From: an uncultured Gammaproteobacteria bacterium | GTDB taxonomy: Bacteria; Patescibacteriota; Patescibacteriia; Magasanikbacterales; GWA2-37-8 | Direction of reading: 5' to 3' | DNA: 64,000 bases | NCBI GenBank assembly: GCA_964444705.1 | Contig: CAYUHX010000003.1 | Location: forward strand, 3,248-67,247 | Notes under the pieces: model-generated | What the model saw: the letters and a program-made list of their open reading frames with translations, nothing else | Databases searched by the model: none | Told to the model about the DNA's origin: nothing | In this document: positions 40,201-46,654 of the stretch, piece after piece | Position numbering within the stretch: the stretch's first letter is position 1 | How the letters are laid out: each line of letters begins with the position of its first letter | Program-made: the position numbers and the translations under genes

Positions 40201-40823
40201 CTACTTTTTGCACGCTCCCGGTCGCCAGCTTCTCTATTTTTCGCGAGAACAGCGCCAGGACTTTCATCTTCATCAGACTCACCTTCTTCATCATCAACGG
40301 GAGCCGACTTTATCTCCGGTGCGCTGGCCGTAGGTGCTGCAGTAGTTGCGGAAACTTCAGGTCCTTTTGATGGTTCTCCACCCTTATTAGCAGATGATTG
40401 TGCCGTAGTTTCATTTTCCCCACTTATAATTTTTTTAAATTGAGCAGCTTGTTTTATCTCTACAGCATCACCCTCTCTCCCTCCTCTTCTCGTAACAAAC
40501 GCTAACAATCTTTGTTCACCGCTCTGTTCCACCGCGTTCAATCGAACGGTGAAAGAACCATAGTCCATCACAACACCACCATTTTTGGTGTCTTTAAAAA
40601 AAGCTACTGGTCGAAACTGCTGATCAAGATCAGCAAACTGGATTTTAAAAATTTGCTTTTTCCCTACAAACTTTGCAAAGCTACCTCCTTCTTGTCCATT
40701 AAACGAAGCTGAAACGTCTTTTTTAGCTACTTTTTTTCCAATTTGAAACTGTCCTTCTAAACGTTCCCAAAACTCTCGCCCACCGGCTGAATCTCTACCT
40801 TCTACTCCGTGTCCTTTACTCAT
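34254..40823 (-). CDS. Giant hypothetical protein with internal repeats and hydrophobic helices
   Basis: 2189-aa uninterrupted ORF; three related modules; no signal peptide. Confidence 0.85.
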   Translation of the reverse strand: MSKGHGVEGRDSAGGREFWERLEGQFQIGKKVAKKDVSASFNGQEGGSFAKFVGKKQIFKIQFADLDQQFRPVAFFKDTKNGGVVMDYGSFTVRLNAVEQSGEQRLLAFVTRRGGREGDAVEIKQAAQFKKIISGENETTAQSSANKGGEPSKGPEVSATTAAPTASAPEIKSAPVDDEEGESDEDESPGAVLAKNREAGDRERAKSRIEKGFIDFLNQFSEQSSDLQRWGLNNSKLRDELDVLSDEAAEFSRDLKDADPKTTDLSAVAARLEEYQARFEAWLEKKDREVAAQQALRAQVAAARVQLAAAIAEAAPVVVEAAAPDVTNQADAGRQVVPPVAAGLKLVFDGRHYTISQSGTGDQIKDLKPFTESGKFSVNRVVADRTTNTAPAPEAAPAPELPSAPVVEATELSSEEQKKTALEYLVAMGKVLSRIKSEVDEKVKLGEIMPVIGRMTAQHLGKNSDSSSLLGQIEDLRKKISSEPFTARFTTQIEVLAEKCGKIVASLVGKADSNFNFVQEVSREVFTGISAQEVEKAAGDSFTEIRAKFENYLKKLKEFKPEKWEEKEGSTETDLIFSGVRGRVWLEAGEEKKRSGGKFDVDKVKAAANAEAKIFGTLFRKKERILKQYTEFYTALGDAYAERRKEKTKEFGEVEAALERLLLWDARGEQEAAAFEEALKEFSANFALLKEQVRPSEVAPGADYVAAASKQEGEQQFNDLLTYLKKNHASALEKDEQLIKNLHQLRGNLGSATKEPNLNRFGMLYGQVVQRLNIPVAGIRGLWKMPERSAGAAEVRKQETGESEAFLSPRPITLDEANAFIEKGKKEEKDGPIMASFKPRSPVETIRVGAFWRAHFEGKNDGVAQKEACATAAYFLRDQALDIWLNAGEAVAKVKDGEKLLEKINTHPYFSVEDIDRLNFLVRRFERLVTAESEAKGAKPGQEVSDIGPDLRPITLEDARRYIAEARLVKPEPADEGNEERWGINSDFKPENEAQEIRVGAYWRAITQGKSDTVARKEARFAVEEFRKAIRTEKSAEKADEGFRIGVSRIGAGDVIVGAESKKEESKALTLDEAIEKAQQLWHADKAAGKKESFGMHPDHTFRNEIDRLLTGTYWKVWFENEGMKDLKARRELALKEARAAAAEALQGEAITYWNNMIESGVFLNAEEYDRADKMLRRILNHPKATTEDVDNLNRLVGYFANLLATFGGAEKPAAKPKEAAPAVTKEIVTPAAGAAQELAALSAAVAAPDRERMGAAGMVESVASSPESAKPASSIIVEDSTLAELAETFNRSADRPFVEDLSAAEAAPSPTRIERVVPPAEKKGVLSRFWKGTKELFTSKDFWKAAGKATYDTVFSVFGFKTFADLGLAIRKKGDIYNYFKERQDAKAERALIARGMEEVFALWKNRDVAIEQSDARVQERFTRVNGNILNSRFIDPAEKEKLIGRLEVLFDQYKDGAENKTKQRNEKVQKTLEAFLYSKNSTIARVRDVANTALVFAGMPLWRGAAYGAMSLVEMVSKGLDRAGQEGEKADRAKAVKEEMLTSLGEWWSAIRGKGRKGEGGVVRRGADFVSAFGTMARAVGLTDIVLGNTDTHASQAIDKLIGAFEQKELGAALYNNAVGGTVQTAERLAGIPGAMKNAAVSLEQGAAELGRSLLTKAEPGQAAGPEALRRIADGAGALAERRKESNVFAELKTFGEREKIIDDKDTGVFFAALVKKYPSLANPESLQTILKASTSGNHPSSLHGDVFKSAVDTPYEVLRDVKQATFEQLLAHGGTEQALAFLKSQNFSGHHLEYLKEAGLKPSSDSLPELVDKYQRMTTLPAAEKQALIHATGRLLQAKGTTEIANAEFGADEVHHFSLRGNVRFFGFDERKAPLIGGSGHGEVRETQWKVDPQDLQKKAEVYIGNTRESNGPFILDNLDPEKIQVDGRSVRVVLEGKDVAREEVITRFDPEKEAWKLPVGAEQPAATRGAAALETKSTAPAARTSVVESTAAEAELPAVFRELGNRNEVEAQVSTFGRQIERYLGNVKVVSADRESNPAAQALSRLRDWQQNMNGVLQGSGRVSLSSERMLQTAEVLKDIKNESIDPNKVFELLRPSGEGSAEVRLLLNHYRLDADHPVVTAQDSHAILALNPVDGQKTLIYNKDFVFNREIGTGAIVVKTTSGSTFRYDSSRDFIERSGLFSTK

Positions 40824-40850
40824 AGTAGTGTGCCTAAAAAATAAAGAAAG

Positions 40851-41177
40851 TTATGCTTGAATGTTATTTAATGCATCAGCCGTATCTTTTTCGAGCTTAG
40901 CCATCTCAGCTTCGTATTGTTGTTGAATGAGTTCAAGTGTTTCTCCCGCTTCAGCGTTGAGGTGTGCGGTTTTGCTTTCGAGATATTGCATTTCTAAAGT
41001 TGCTTCCAAGCGCTCTAATTGCTCGAGGCTCATAGCAGGCAGCAAATTAATCATTGCTTCTTTTTCTTCATCTTTCAAATTCATCGCCGCAATCAGAAAT
41101 GCCAATTTTTTGCCATGACCACGGGCAGCAGTAAGTAAATCTTGTGTACTTAATTCTTCGACAGAAGCAACTGCCAT
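40851..41177 (-). CDS. Small acidic helical protein
   Basis: 108 aa from MAVASVEE; directly upstream of the giant gene. Confidence 0.8.
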   Translation of the reverse strand: MAVASVEELSTQDLLTAARGHGKKLAFLIAAMNLKDEEKEAMINLLPAMSLEQLERLEATLEMQYLESKTAHLNAEAGETLELIQQQYEAEMAKLEKDTADALNNIQA

Positions 41178-41263
41178 ATAATTATGTATGAAGAAAATAA
41201 ATGAATGGCTATATATTACCACTTTTTTTAAACTATGCCTATCAAAAATGACTAAAACAGTGC

Positions 41264-41292
41264 ATTATACCCTATTTTTTCGATTTTGTCAA
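41264..41292 (-). promoter_or_regulatory. Consensus sigma70 promoter
   Basis: TTGACA-17nt-TATAAT. Confidence 0.85.
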
Positions 41293-41425
41293 TCATGAAA
41301 TACTCAAATTTTATCTATCTTTTAAACAAAAATACTTTTCACGCACGTATGTGTATGTGACACACAATAAAAAAAACCAGTCTTTTCAGACTGGAGATTT
41401 ATTCTATACATTTATTTGTTATAAC

Positions 41426-41510
41426 TGGTGCCGCCGGTCGGAATCGAACCGACATGCCGTGAGGCACACGATTTTGAGTCGTGCGTGTCTACCAATTCCA
41501 CCACGGCGGC
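41426..41510 (-). tRNA. tRNA-Leu(CAA)
   Basis: Cloverleaf with long variable arm, anticodon loop CTCAAAA, GGTTCGATTCC, encoded CCA. Confidence 0.97.
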
Positions 41511-41517
41511 AATACTA

Positions 41518-41757
41518 CTAATCAAAAGTCTTTTTTACAAATTCTCTACCAACACCTGATTTTAAATATTTTTCTCGTTTCCTCGCTTCTTCTCTTGATG
41601 AGTGGGTTTCAATACACAAAGTTCTAAAAGGAGCATAAGGTTTGGTAGTACGATTATACCCTTTATTATGCTGAGCAATACGCCGCTCGGGATTATCTGA
41701 TAATCCTACGTACGTGTACTCCCGCGCAATACTTCTAAGTATATAGGTGTAATACAT
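41518..41757 (-). CDS. Small GIY-YIG nuclease
   Basis: YYTYIL...YVG...RRIAQHN...EARKREKYLKSG. Confidence 0.92.
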   Translation of the reverse strand: MYYTYILRSIAREYTYVGLSDNPERRIAQHNKGYNRTTKPYAPFRTLCIETHSSREEARKREKYLKSGVGREFVKKTFD

Positions 41758-41765
41758 AGAAAAGC

Positions 41766-41831
41766 CACACGATTTTGAGCCTGCCTGTCGGCAGACAGGT
41801 CGTGCGTGTCTACCAATTCCACCACGGCGGC
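41766..41831 (-). pseudogene. Duplicated 5' 46 nt of tRNA-Leu(CAA) interrupted by a 20-bp insertion
   Basis: Identical to 41465-41510 once 41780-41799 is removed. Confidence 0.92.
41780..41799. repeat. 20-bp imperfect palindrome cctgcctgtcggcagacagg
   Basis: Absent from the intact tRNA; exact reverse complement present, split, at 58973-59012. Confidence 0.9.
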
Positions 41832-41920
41832 CTAAAATGCCTGCTCATCATATAAAAAAAAAATTCCTTTGTCAATCAATTAGGCGTATGGTATACTTTG
41901 TTAAAATAGTAGCGTCTTCT

Positions 41921-42691
41921 ATGATTATTTCTATCGTCAACCAAAAAGGTGGTGTAGGCAAAACCACCACCGCCGTAAACCTCTCTGCCGCCCTCGCGGA
42001 AGCGGGCAAATTTGTGCTTTTGGTTGATCTTGATCCACAAGGTAATGCCACCTCAGGCCTCGGATTAAAAAACCAAGAAATTGATCGCGGCCTCTATGAA
42101 GCTCTGCTTGGGCGCGAACGATTGCACGACGTAGTGAAGAATACCGCTCATGCTGGCCTGCGCGTAGTGCCAGCCACAGCTGACCTCGCGGGCGCGAATG
42201 TTGAATTAGTTTCGGTTGAAGGGAGAGAAACAAAACTCACTGATATACTAAGCGAAGTTCAGCATGCGTATGATTACATTATCATTGATTGCCCACCATC
42301 ACTTGGCATTCTAACCCTCAACGGACTCGTCGCAGCCGACCACATTCTTATTCCCGTGCAAGCCGAATACTATGCCCTCGAAGGCTTGGGACAACTTCTC
42401 AAAACCATAGAGCTTGTGAAAGCCAATATTAAACCTACGCTCAATATTTTGGGTGCACTTCTCACCATGTTTGATGCCCGCAACCGTTTGTCTGATGAAG
42501 TGATGAAAGAACTCTACAAACATTTGCCGACCACCATTTTTCGCTCCATCATTCCTAGAGCCGTACGCTTGGCTGAAGCACCAAGTTATGGTCAAAGTAT
42601 TTTTCACTATGAGCCAGGCGGCAAAAGCGCCAAGGCGTACGAACGCTTAGCACGAGAACTTATGGATCGCTTCGCGGAACAAAACCCTTAA
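41921..42691 (+). CDS. parA: ParA/Soj ATPase
   Basis: NQKGGVGKTTT, DLDPQGN, DCPPSLG, LAEAPSYG. Confidence 0.96.
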   Translation: MIISIVNQKGGVGKTTTAVNLSAALAEAGKFVLLVDLDPQGNATSGLGLKNQEIDRGLYEALLGRERLHDVVKNTAHAGLRVVPATADLAGANVELVSVEGRETKLTDILSEVQHAYDYIIIDCPPSLGILTLNGLVAADHILIPVQAEYYALEGLGQLLKTIELVKANIKPTLNILGALLTMFDARNRLSDEVMKELYKHLPTTIFRSIIPRAVRLAEAPSYGQSIFHYEPGGKSAKAYERLARELMDRFAEQNP

Positions 42692-42712
42692 TTATTTAGC
42701 CTTCTTTCGCGT

Positions 42713-43567
42713 ATGTCACTTGGTCGCGGCCTTGGCGCTCTTATCAGCACCACTTCTTCCACAAAAAAAAGTACACCAAAAGAAAATACTCCCACTTCCT
42801 CAACCGATGAAGTGTTGCACGTTCCGCTTTCATCAATTTTTCCTGATGAGGAACAACCACGACGTTATTTTTCTGAAATTGAACTTCAAGAATTAGCCGC
42901 CTCAATCACCCACCACGGCATTTTACAACCACTGCTTGTTTCGCCCCGCGCCGAAGGCGGTTACGAATTGATTGCTGGCGAAAGGCGTTGGCGCGCCGCT
43001 GGTTTAGCAGGTCTTGCCACCGCACCAGTCATTGTCCGAGAATTTCCTCCCGAACAAAAACTTGAGGTATCATTAATTGAAAACATTCAACGACAAGATT
43101 TAAATCCAATTGAAGAAGCTAAGGCCTTTGAGCGATTGATTACTGACTTTGGTTTAACACAACAAGAGGTGGCTGACAAAGTCGGCAAAAGCCGCCCCGC
43201 AGTGGCCAACACAGTGCGTCTTCTCAACTTGCCAGAAGAAGTACAAACTGCGCTCATTCACCGCACCATCAACATGGGTCAAGCTCGAGCCTTGCTCGCG
43301 ATCGACAACCAAGAAGCTTTGCTCGACATGTTCGCGTCTATGCAAGGCAAAAAAATAACTGTCCGTGAACTTGAGAAAAAAACCAGCGCTTTGCAACCAC
43401 ATACTCTCTCTCGCCCTGACCCAAACCTCACCTATCTTGAAGACGAGCTTCGTGCCGTACTTGGCACCAAAGTTTCCGTGAATAAAAAAAATAAAGGTGG
43501 CACCATCACCATCCATTATTTTTCACCCGAAGAATTGGGTTCACTCGTCAAAAAAATTATTGAATAA
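42713..43567 (+). CDS. parB: ParB/Spo0J partition protein
   Basis: LGRGLGALI, IAGERRWRA, ENIQRQDLNPIEEA, HTH. Confidence 0.96.
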   Translation: MSLGRGLGALISTTSSTKKSTPKENTPTSSTDEVLHVPLSSIFPDEEQPRRYFSEIELQELAASITHHGILQPLLVSPRAEGGYELIAGERRWRAAGLAGLATAPVIVREFPPEQKLEVSLIENIQRQDLNPIEEAKAFERLITDFGLTQQEVADKVGKSRPAVANTVRLLNLPEEVQTALIHRTINMGQARALLAIDNQEALLDMFASMQGKKITVRELEKKTSALQPHTLSRPDPNLTYLEDELRAVLGTKVSVNKKNKGGTITIHYFSPEELGSLVKKIIE

Positions 43568-43568
43568 A

Positions 43569-45074
43569 TTAATTTTTCTTCCCTTTGGTCGGCAAAATCT
43601 GTTTCAACCAACTGCTGAGCGTGTTGGTTTTGAGATGATTTTTAATATGCGTGCGGGCGAGATGTGTTTTAGCTGACTTAAGCCAGTCGGGGCTAGGTCC
43701 TTTTCGATTTTTATCGGTAATGATCTCTACCACATCACCACTTTTAAGCGCCGTATCCAAACTCACAAGCTGGTCATTCACTCGCACTCCCGTGCAACGA
43801 TTGCCCACCTCACTGTGAATGTGATAGGCAAAATCAACGGGAGTTGCATCTTCTGGTAAATCAATCACGTCACCTTTTGGGGTAAACGCAAAAATACGAT
43901 TTTGAAAAAAATCAATTCTTAAATTTTCGACATCGGATAAATTCACCAAAATTTCTTGCTGGATACGCGCTAATTCTTTGGCCCAGGTGACATCTTTTGT
44001 AGGCAAACGACTACCTTTTTCGTCATAGAGCCAATGTGCTGAAACACCGAATTCGGCTTCTTCGTGCATTTCTTTGGTGCGAATTTGAAACTCAACCATT
44101 TTTCCATCAATACAAAACACTGTGGTGTGAAGCGACTTATAGCCATTGGGCTTAGGCTGCGCAATGTAGTCTTTGATCCGACCTTTGAGCGGCCGCCACA
44201 GTTTATGAATAATGCCAAGCGTGGCATAGCAATCAGCCACAGTGTTGGTGATGATGCGGAGGGCCACCATGTCATAAATTTTTTCTGTTTCCCATCCTTT
44301 TTTTGCAAGCTTTTGGTACAAACTATAAAGTTGCTTTTTACGGCCGTGCACATCGGCCACCACAATACCTGCGCTTTGCAATTCTATTTTTACCCTCTCA
44401 ACAACTCGCTCAAGATACGCCTCTTCGCCGGTGAGTAAGCGATCACGAATAGCTTTTGTCCGTTCATATTCTTTTGGGTACACAAACGGAAATGACAAAT
44501 CTTCGAGCATGCCCTTGAACTCTCCCATACCCAAACGATGCGCAATCGGTGCATATATCTGCAAACTTTCAAGAGCAATCCGATGACGTTTTTTATCCGG
44601 CAGCGAATCAAGTGTTAAAAGATTGTGAGTTCGATCGGCAAATTTAATAATCATTACCCGCACATCTTCGGCCATTGCCACAAACATTTTACGCAAATTT
44701 TCAATATAACGCTCCACCCCCCGATATTTTAACTTGCCAAGCTTGGTGATTCCTCGTACCATAGATGCAATATCCGCCCCAAAATTTTGTTCGATTTCTT
44801 CGAGCGTCACTGCAGTGTCTTCGGGAACATCGTGGAGCAATGTTGCCACAATAATAGTTGTTTCCATTTTCATGGAGGCTAAAATATAAGCCGCACTTAA
44901 AGGATGAATAATATACGGCTCTCCCGATTTGCGAAACTGCCCCTCATGCGCCTTAGCCGCAAAATCATAGGCCAATCGCACGATATCGGTGTCATCTGCC
45001 CGATCATACAGAGCAATACTCGCAATAAGATCATCAATGGTAAGTGTTTTTGGAATTTGGATTCGAAAAGGCAT
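43569..45074 (-). CDS. RelA/SpoT homologue (HD-synthetase-TGS, C-terminally short)
   Basis: RKSGEPYIIHP, LHDVPED, KPNGYKSLHT, EFQIRT, TPVDFAY. Confidence 0.93.
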   Translation of the reverse strand: MPFRIQIPKTLTIDDLIASIALYDRADDTDIVRLAYDFAAKAHEGQFRKSGEPYIIHPLSAAYILASMKMETTIIVATLLHDVPEDTAVTLEEIEQNFGADIASMVRGITKLGKLKYRGVERYIENLRKMFVAMAEDVRVMIIKFADRTHNLLTLDSLPDKKRHRIALESLQIYAPIAHRLGMGEFKGMLEDLSFPFVYPKEYERTKAIRDRLLTGEEAYLERVVERVKIELQSAGIVVADVHGRKKQLYSLYQKLAKKGWETEKIYDMVALRIITNTVADCYATLGIIHKLWRPLKGRIKDYIAQPKPNGYKSLHTTVFCIDGKMVEFQIRTKEMHEEAEFGVSAHWLYDEKGSRLPTKDVTWAKELARIQQEILVNLSDVENLRIDFFQNRIFAFTPKGDVIDLPEDATPVDFAYHIHSEVGNRCTGVRVNDQLVSLDTALKSGDVVEIITDKNRKGPSPDWLKSAKTHLARTHIKNHLKTNTLSSWLKQILPTKGKKN

Positions 45075-45144
45075 AAAATTAGCTTGTCTTTAGTATAGCG
45101 TGTACCCTTAGAGAAAACAATGTTTTTAAACCAAACTCGCATGC

Positions 45145-45173
45145 TTGACAAAACCACTTTTCTATGGTATAAT
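45145..45173 (+). promoter_or_regulatory. Consensus sigma70 promoter with no ORF before the next terminator
   Basis: TTGACA-17nt-TATAAT. Confidence 0.8.
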
Positions 45174-45210
45174 GCGCGTGTAATACAAAGGACAAACCTT
45201 AACGCCAACA

Positions 45211-45247
45211 CATAACTCGTGCATAACTGCACGAGTTATGCTGTTTT
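45211..45247 (+). terminator. 13-bp hairpin, probable terminator
   Basis: cataactcgtgca-taac-tgcacgagttatg followed by ctgtttt. Confidence 0.65.
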
Positions 45248-45313
45248 GAAGGGAATCTTTAAAATCTGCATTTTTTTCTTGATTTTAACTGATCTATTTG
45301 CTATACTCGCACA

Positions 45314-45410
45314 CGTAGGCTGGTAAAGGGCCTTTGTATTACCTTTGGCATCAAGGCTTTCTTTTACCCCTACATTCAGAAACTCTGTTTTAAAATAGCA
45401 GGGTTTTTTA
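45314..45410 (+). ncRNA. Putative small structured RNA
   Basis: Promoter TTGATT-17-TATACT (45279-45307), long imperfect stem gtagg...cctac, terminator 45380-45409, no ATG. Confidence 0.45.
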
Positions 45411-45484
45411 TTTCTTCTGTTTTTTACTGAATTAAACTTACTTTATTTCTTAAAAAATAAACTTGTATTTCCTACGTACTATCC

Positions 45485-45514
45485 TTGACGCCGTCTTAAT
45501 TTACTGCGTATACT
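45485..45514 (+). promoter_or_regulatory. Promoter of cassette 3
   Basis: TTGACG-18nt-TATACT. Confidence 0.65.
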
Positions 45515-45541
45515 AACACTCCCTATTGAGGGAGGAGATTG

Positions 45542-45991
45542 ATGCAACGAGTTACAATTTTTCCAAAGCACTCTTCCTGGCTGGCGTTGCTGGCCGCAGT
45601 CCACATCGGTGGCTGCGATCTGGCACCACCGGCTGAGACGCCTCGCACACCAAAGATCGAGATCTACGGCGAAGCTGACCGCGCCTGCGCCCACACGCCG
45701 GCCGGCTCCAGCCTGCTCGAATGCACCAACTACAGCGGCCAGCTCCTCTGGGGAGCAGAAGCCGCCTGCATCATCAGCATCACCCGTGACGCGACAGCGA
45801 GCGTCTGCACGGTGGCCTGCACCGCGCAGGGATCGCCCAACCACGTGGTGGCGCTCGGCGACCTCACCTTCCTGACACTGGTCGACGGCGTCCCAACCCA
45901 GGTGGGAACTGAAGACCGTTCTGCCACTATGGCGGGCACGACCTGGTGCAACGCAGCGCCCAAGTCGCAACCGCGGACCGGCCAGAAGTAG
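45542..45991 (+). CDS. Cys-rich putative lipoprotein (high-GC cassette 3)
   Basis: SD ggaggag; signal peptide with IGGC lipobox-like site; GC-ending codons. Confidence 0.75.
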   Translation: MQRVTIFPKHSSWLALLAAVHIGGCDLAPPAETPRTPKIEIYGEADRACAHTPAGSSLLECTNYSGQLLWGAEAACIISITRDATASVCTVACTAQGSPNHVVALGDLTFLTLVDGVPTQVGTEDRSATMAGTTWCNAAPKSQPRTGQK

Positions 45992-46077
45992 CCACGCCGT
46001 CTTCCTCGTCGTCTCCTCGCCGGCCATGCAACCCTGCGGTTGTGTGGCCGGCTCGACTTTCACTTTATTTCTGTTTC

Positions 46078-46111
46078 AAAAAACCCCAGGTTATGAACCT
46101 GAGGCTTTTTT
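46078..46111. terminator. Terminator between cassette 3 and the convergent gene
   Basis: caggtt-atg-aacctg stem flanked by A and T tracts. Confidence 0.7.
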
Positions 46112-46114
46112 AAT

Positions 46115-46633
46115 TTATTGTACAGAAACGGGAGGAAGTGGCGGTATTTTTTTCTTTGTTGTAAACACTCGCATGAGCAAACGAACTAATTCACGCACCC
46201 AGTTTTTAACCGAAGAAAAATAAGCGATATTTAAAAGCAACAAAGTAATAATAATGACCGCATCATAGCTTTGTCGAATCCAGTAATCATCTTCCAAACG
46301 AATCCACATACCAAACTCATCGAAGGTAAGGCCTAAACCCACCCCATAGGCCATAGTCACCCATTTAAACGCTCGCGATCCAAGAAGCGGTCGCCTAAGG
46401 ATGGCATAAAACCCCACAATAGCTAAGGTAAAAACGCCATAGGTAAAATGATGTACATGTACGCCTTTAACTTCAAGAAAAAAATTTGGCAACCAATTAT
46501 CGAGCACTAAATACACAAATGTGCGCGATGCGGCAAACGTGATGAGAAAGGCAGAAATAATTATGGCGATGAGTTTCTGATTGGCTTTAGAATTGTAATT
46601 AATGGGCGCCATGCAACTAGCAATGAAAGACAA
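46115..46633 (-). CDS. Four-TM integral membrane protein
   Basis: HVHHFTYG and GLGLTFDEFGMW motifs; start uncertain by a few codons. Confidence 0.8.
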   Translation of the reverse strand: MSFIASCMAPINYNSKANQKLIAIIISAFLITFAASRTFVYLVLDNWLPNFFLEVKGVHVHHFTYGVFTLAIVGFYAILRRPLLGSRAFKWVTMAYGVGLGLTFDEFGMWIRLEDDYWIRQSYDAVIIITLLLLNIAYFSSVKNWVRELVRLLMRVFTTKKKIPPLPPVSVQ

Positions 46634-46654
46634 ATACCACAGAGGGGTAATTCG

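Noticed and set aside
41511-41831. tRNA intron encoding a homing endonuclease
   Set aside because: A complete tRNA exists downstream and there is no room for a group I/II ribozyme core around the ORF.
41837-43567. parS site or CRISPR array
   Set aside because: I saw no TGTTNCACGTGAAACA-like palindrome near parAB and no regularly spaced repeat array anywhere in the window.
45181-45247. c-di-GMP-I riboswitch suggested by ggacaaacc
   Set aside because: The remaining conserved P1/P2 elements are not visible.
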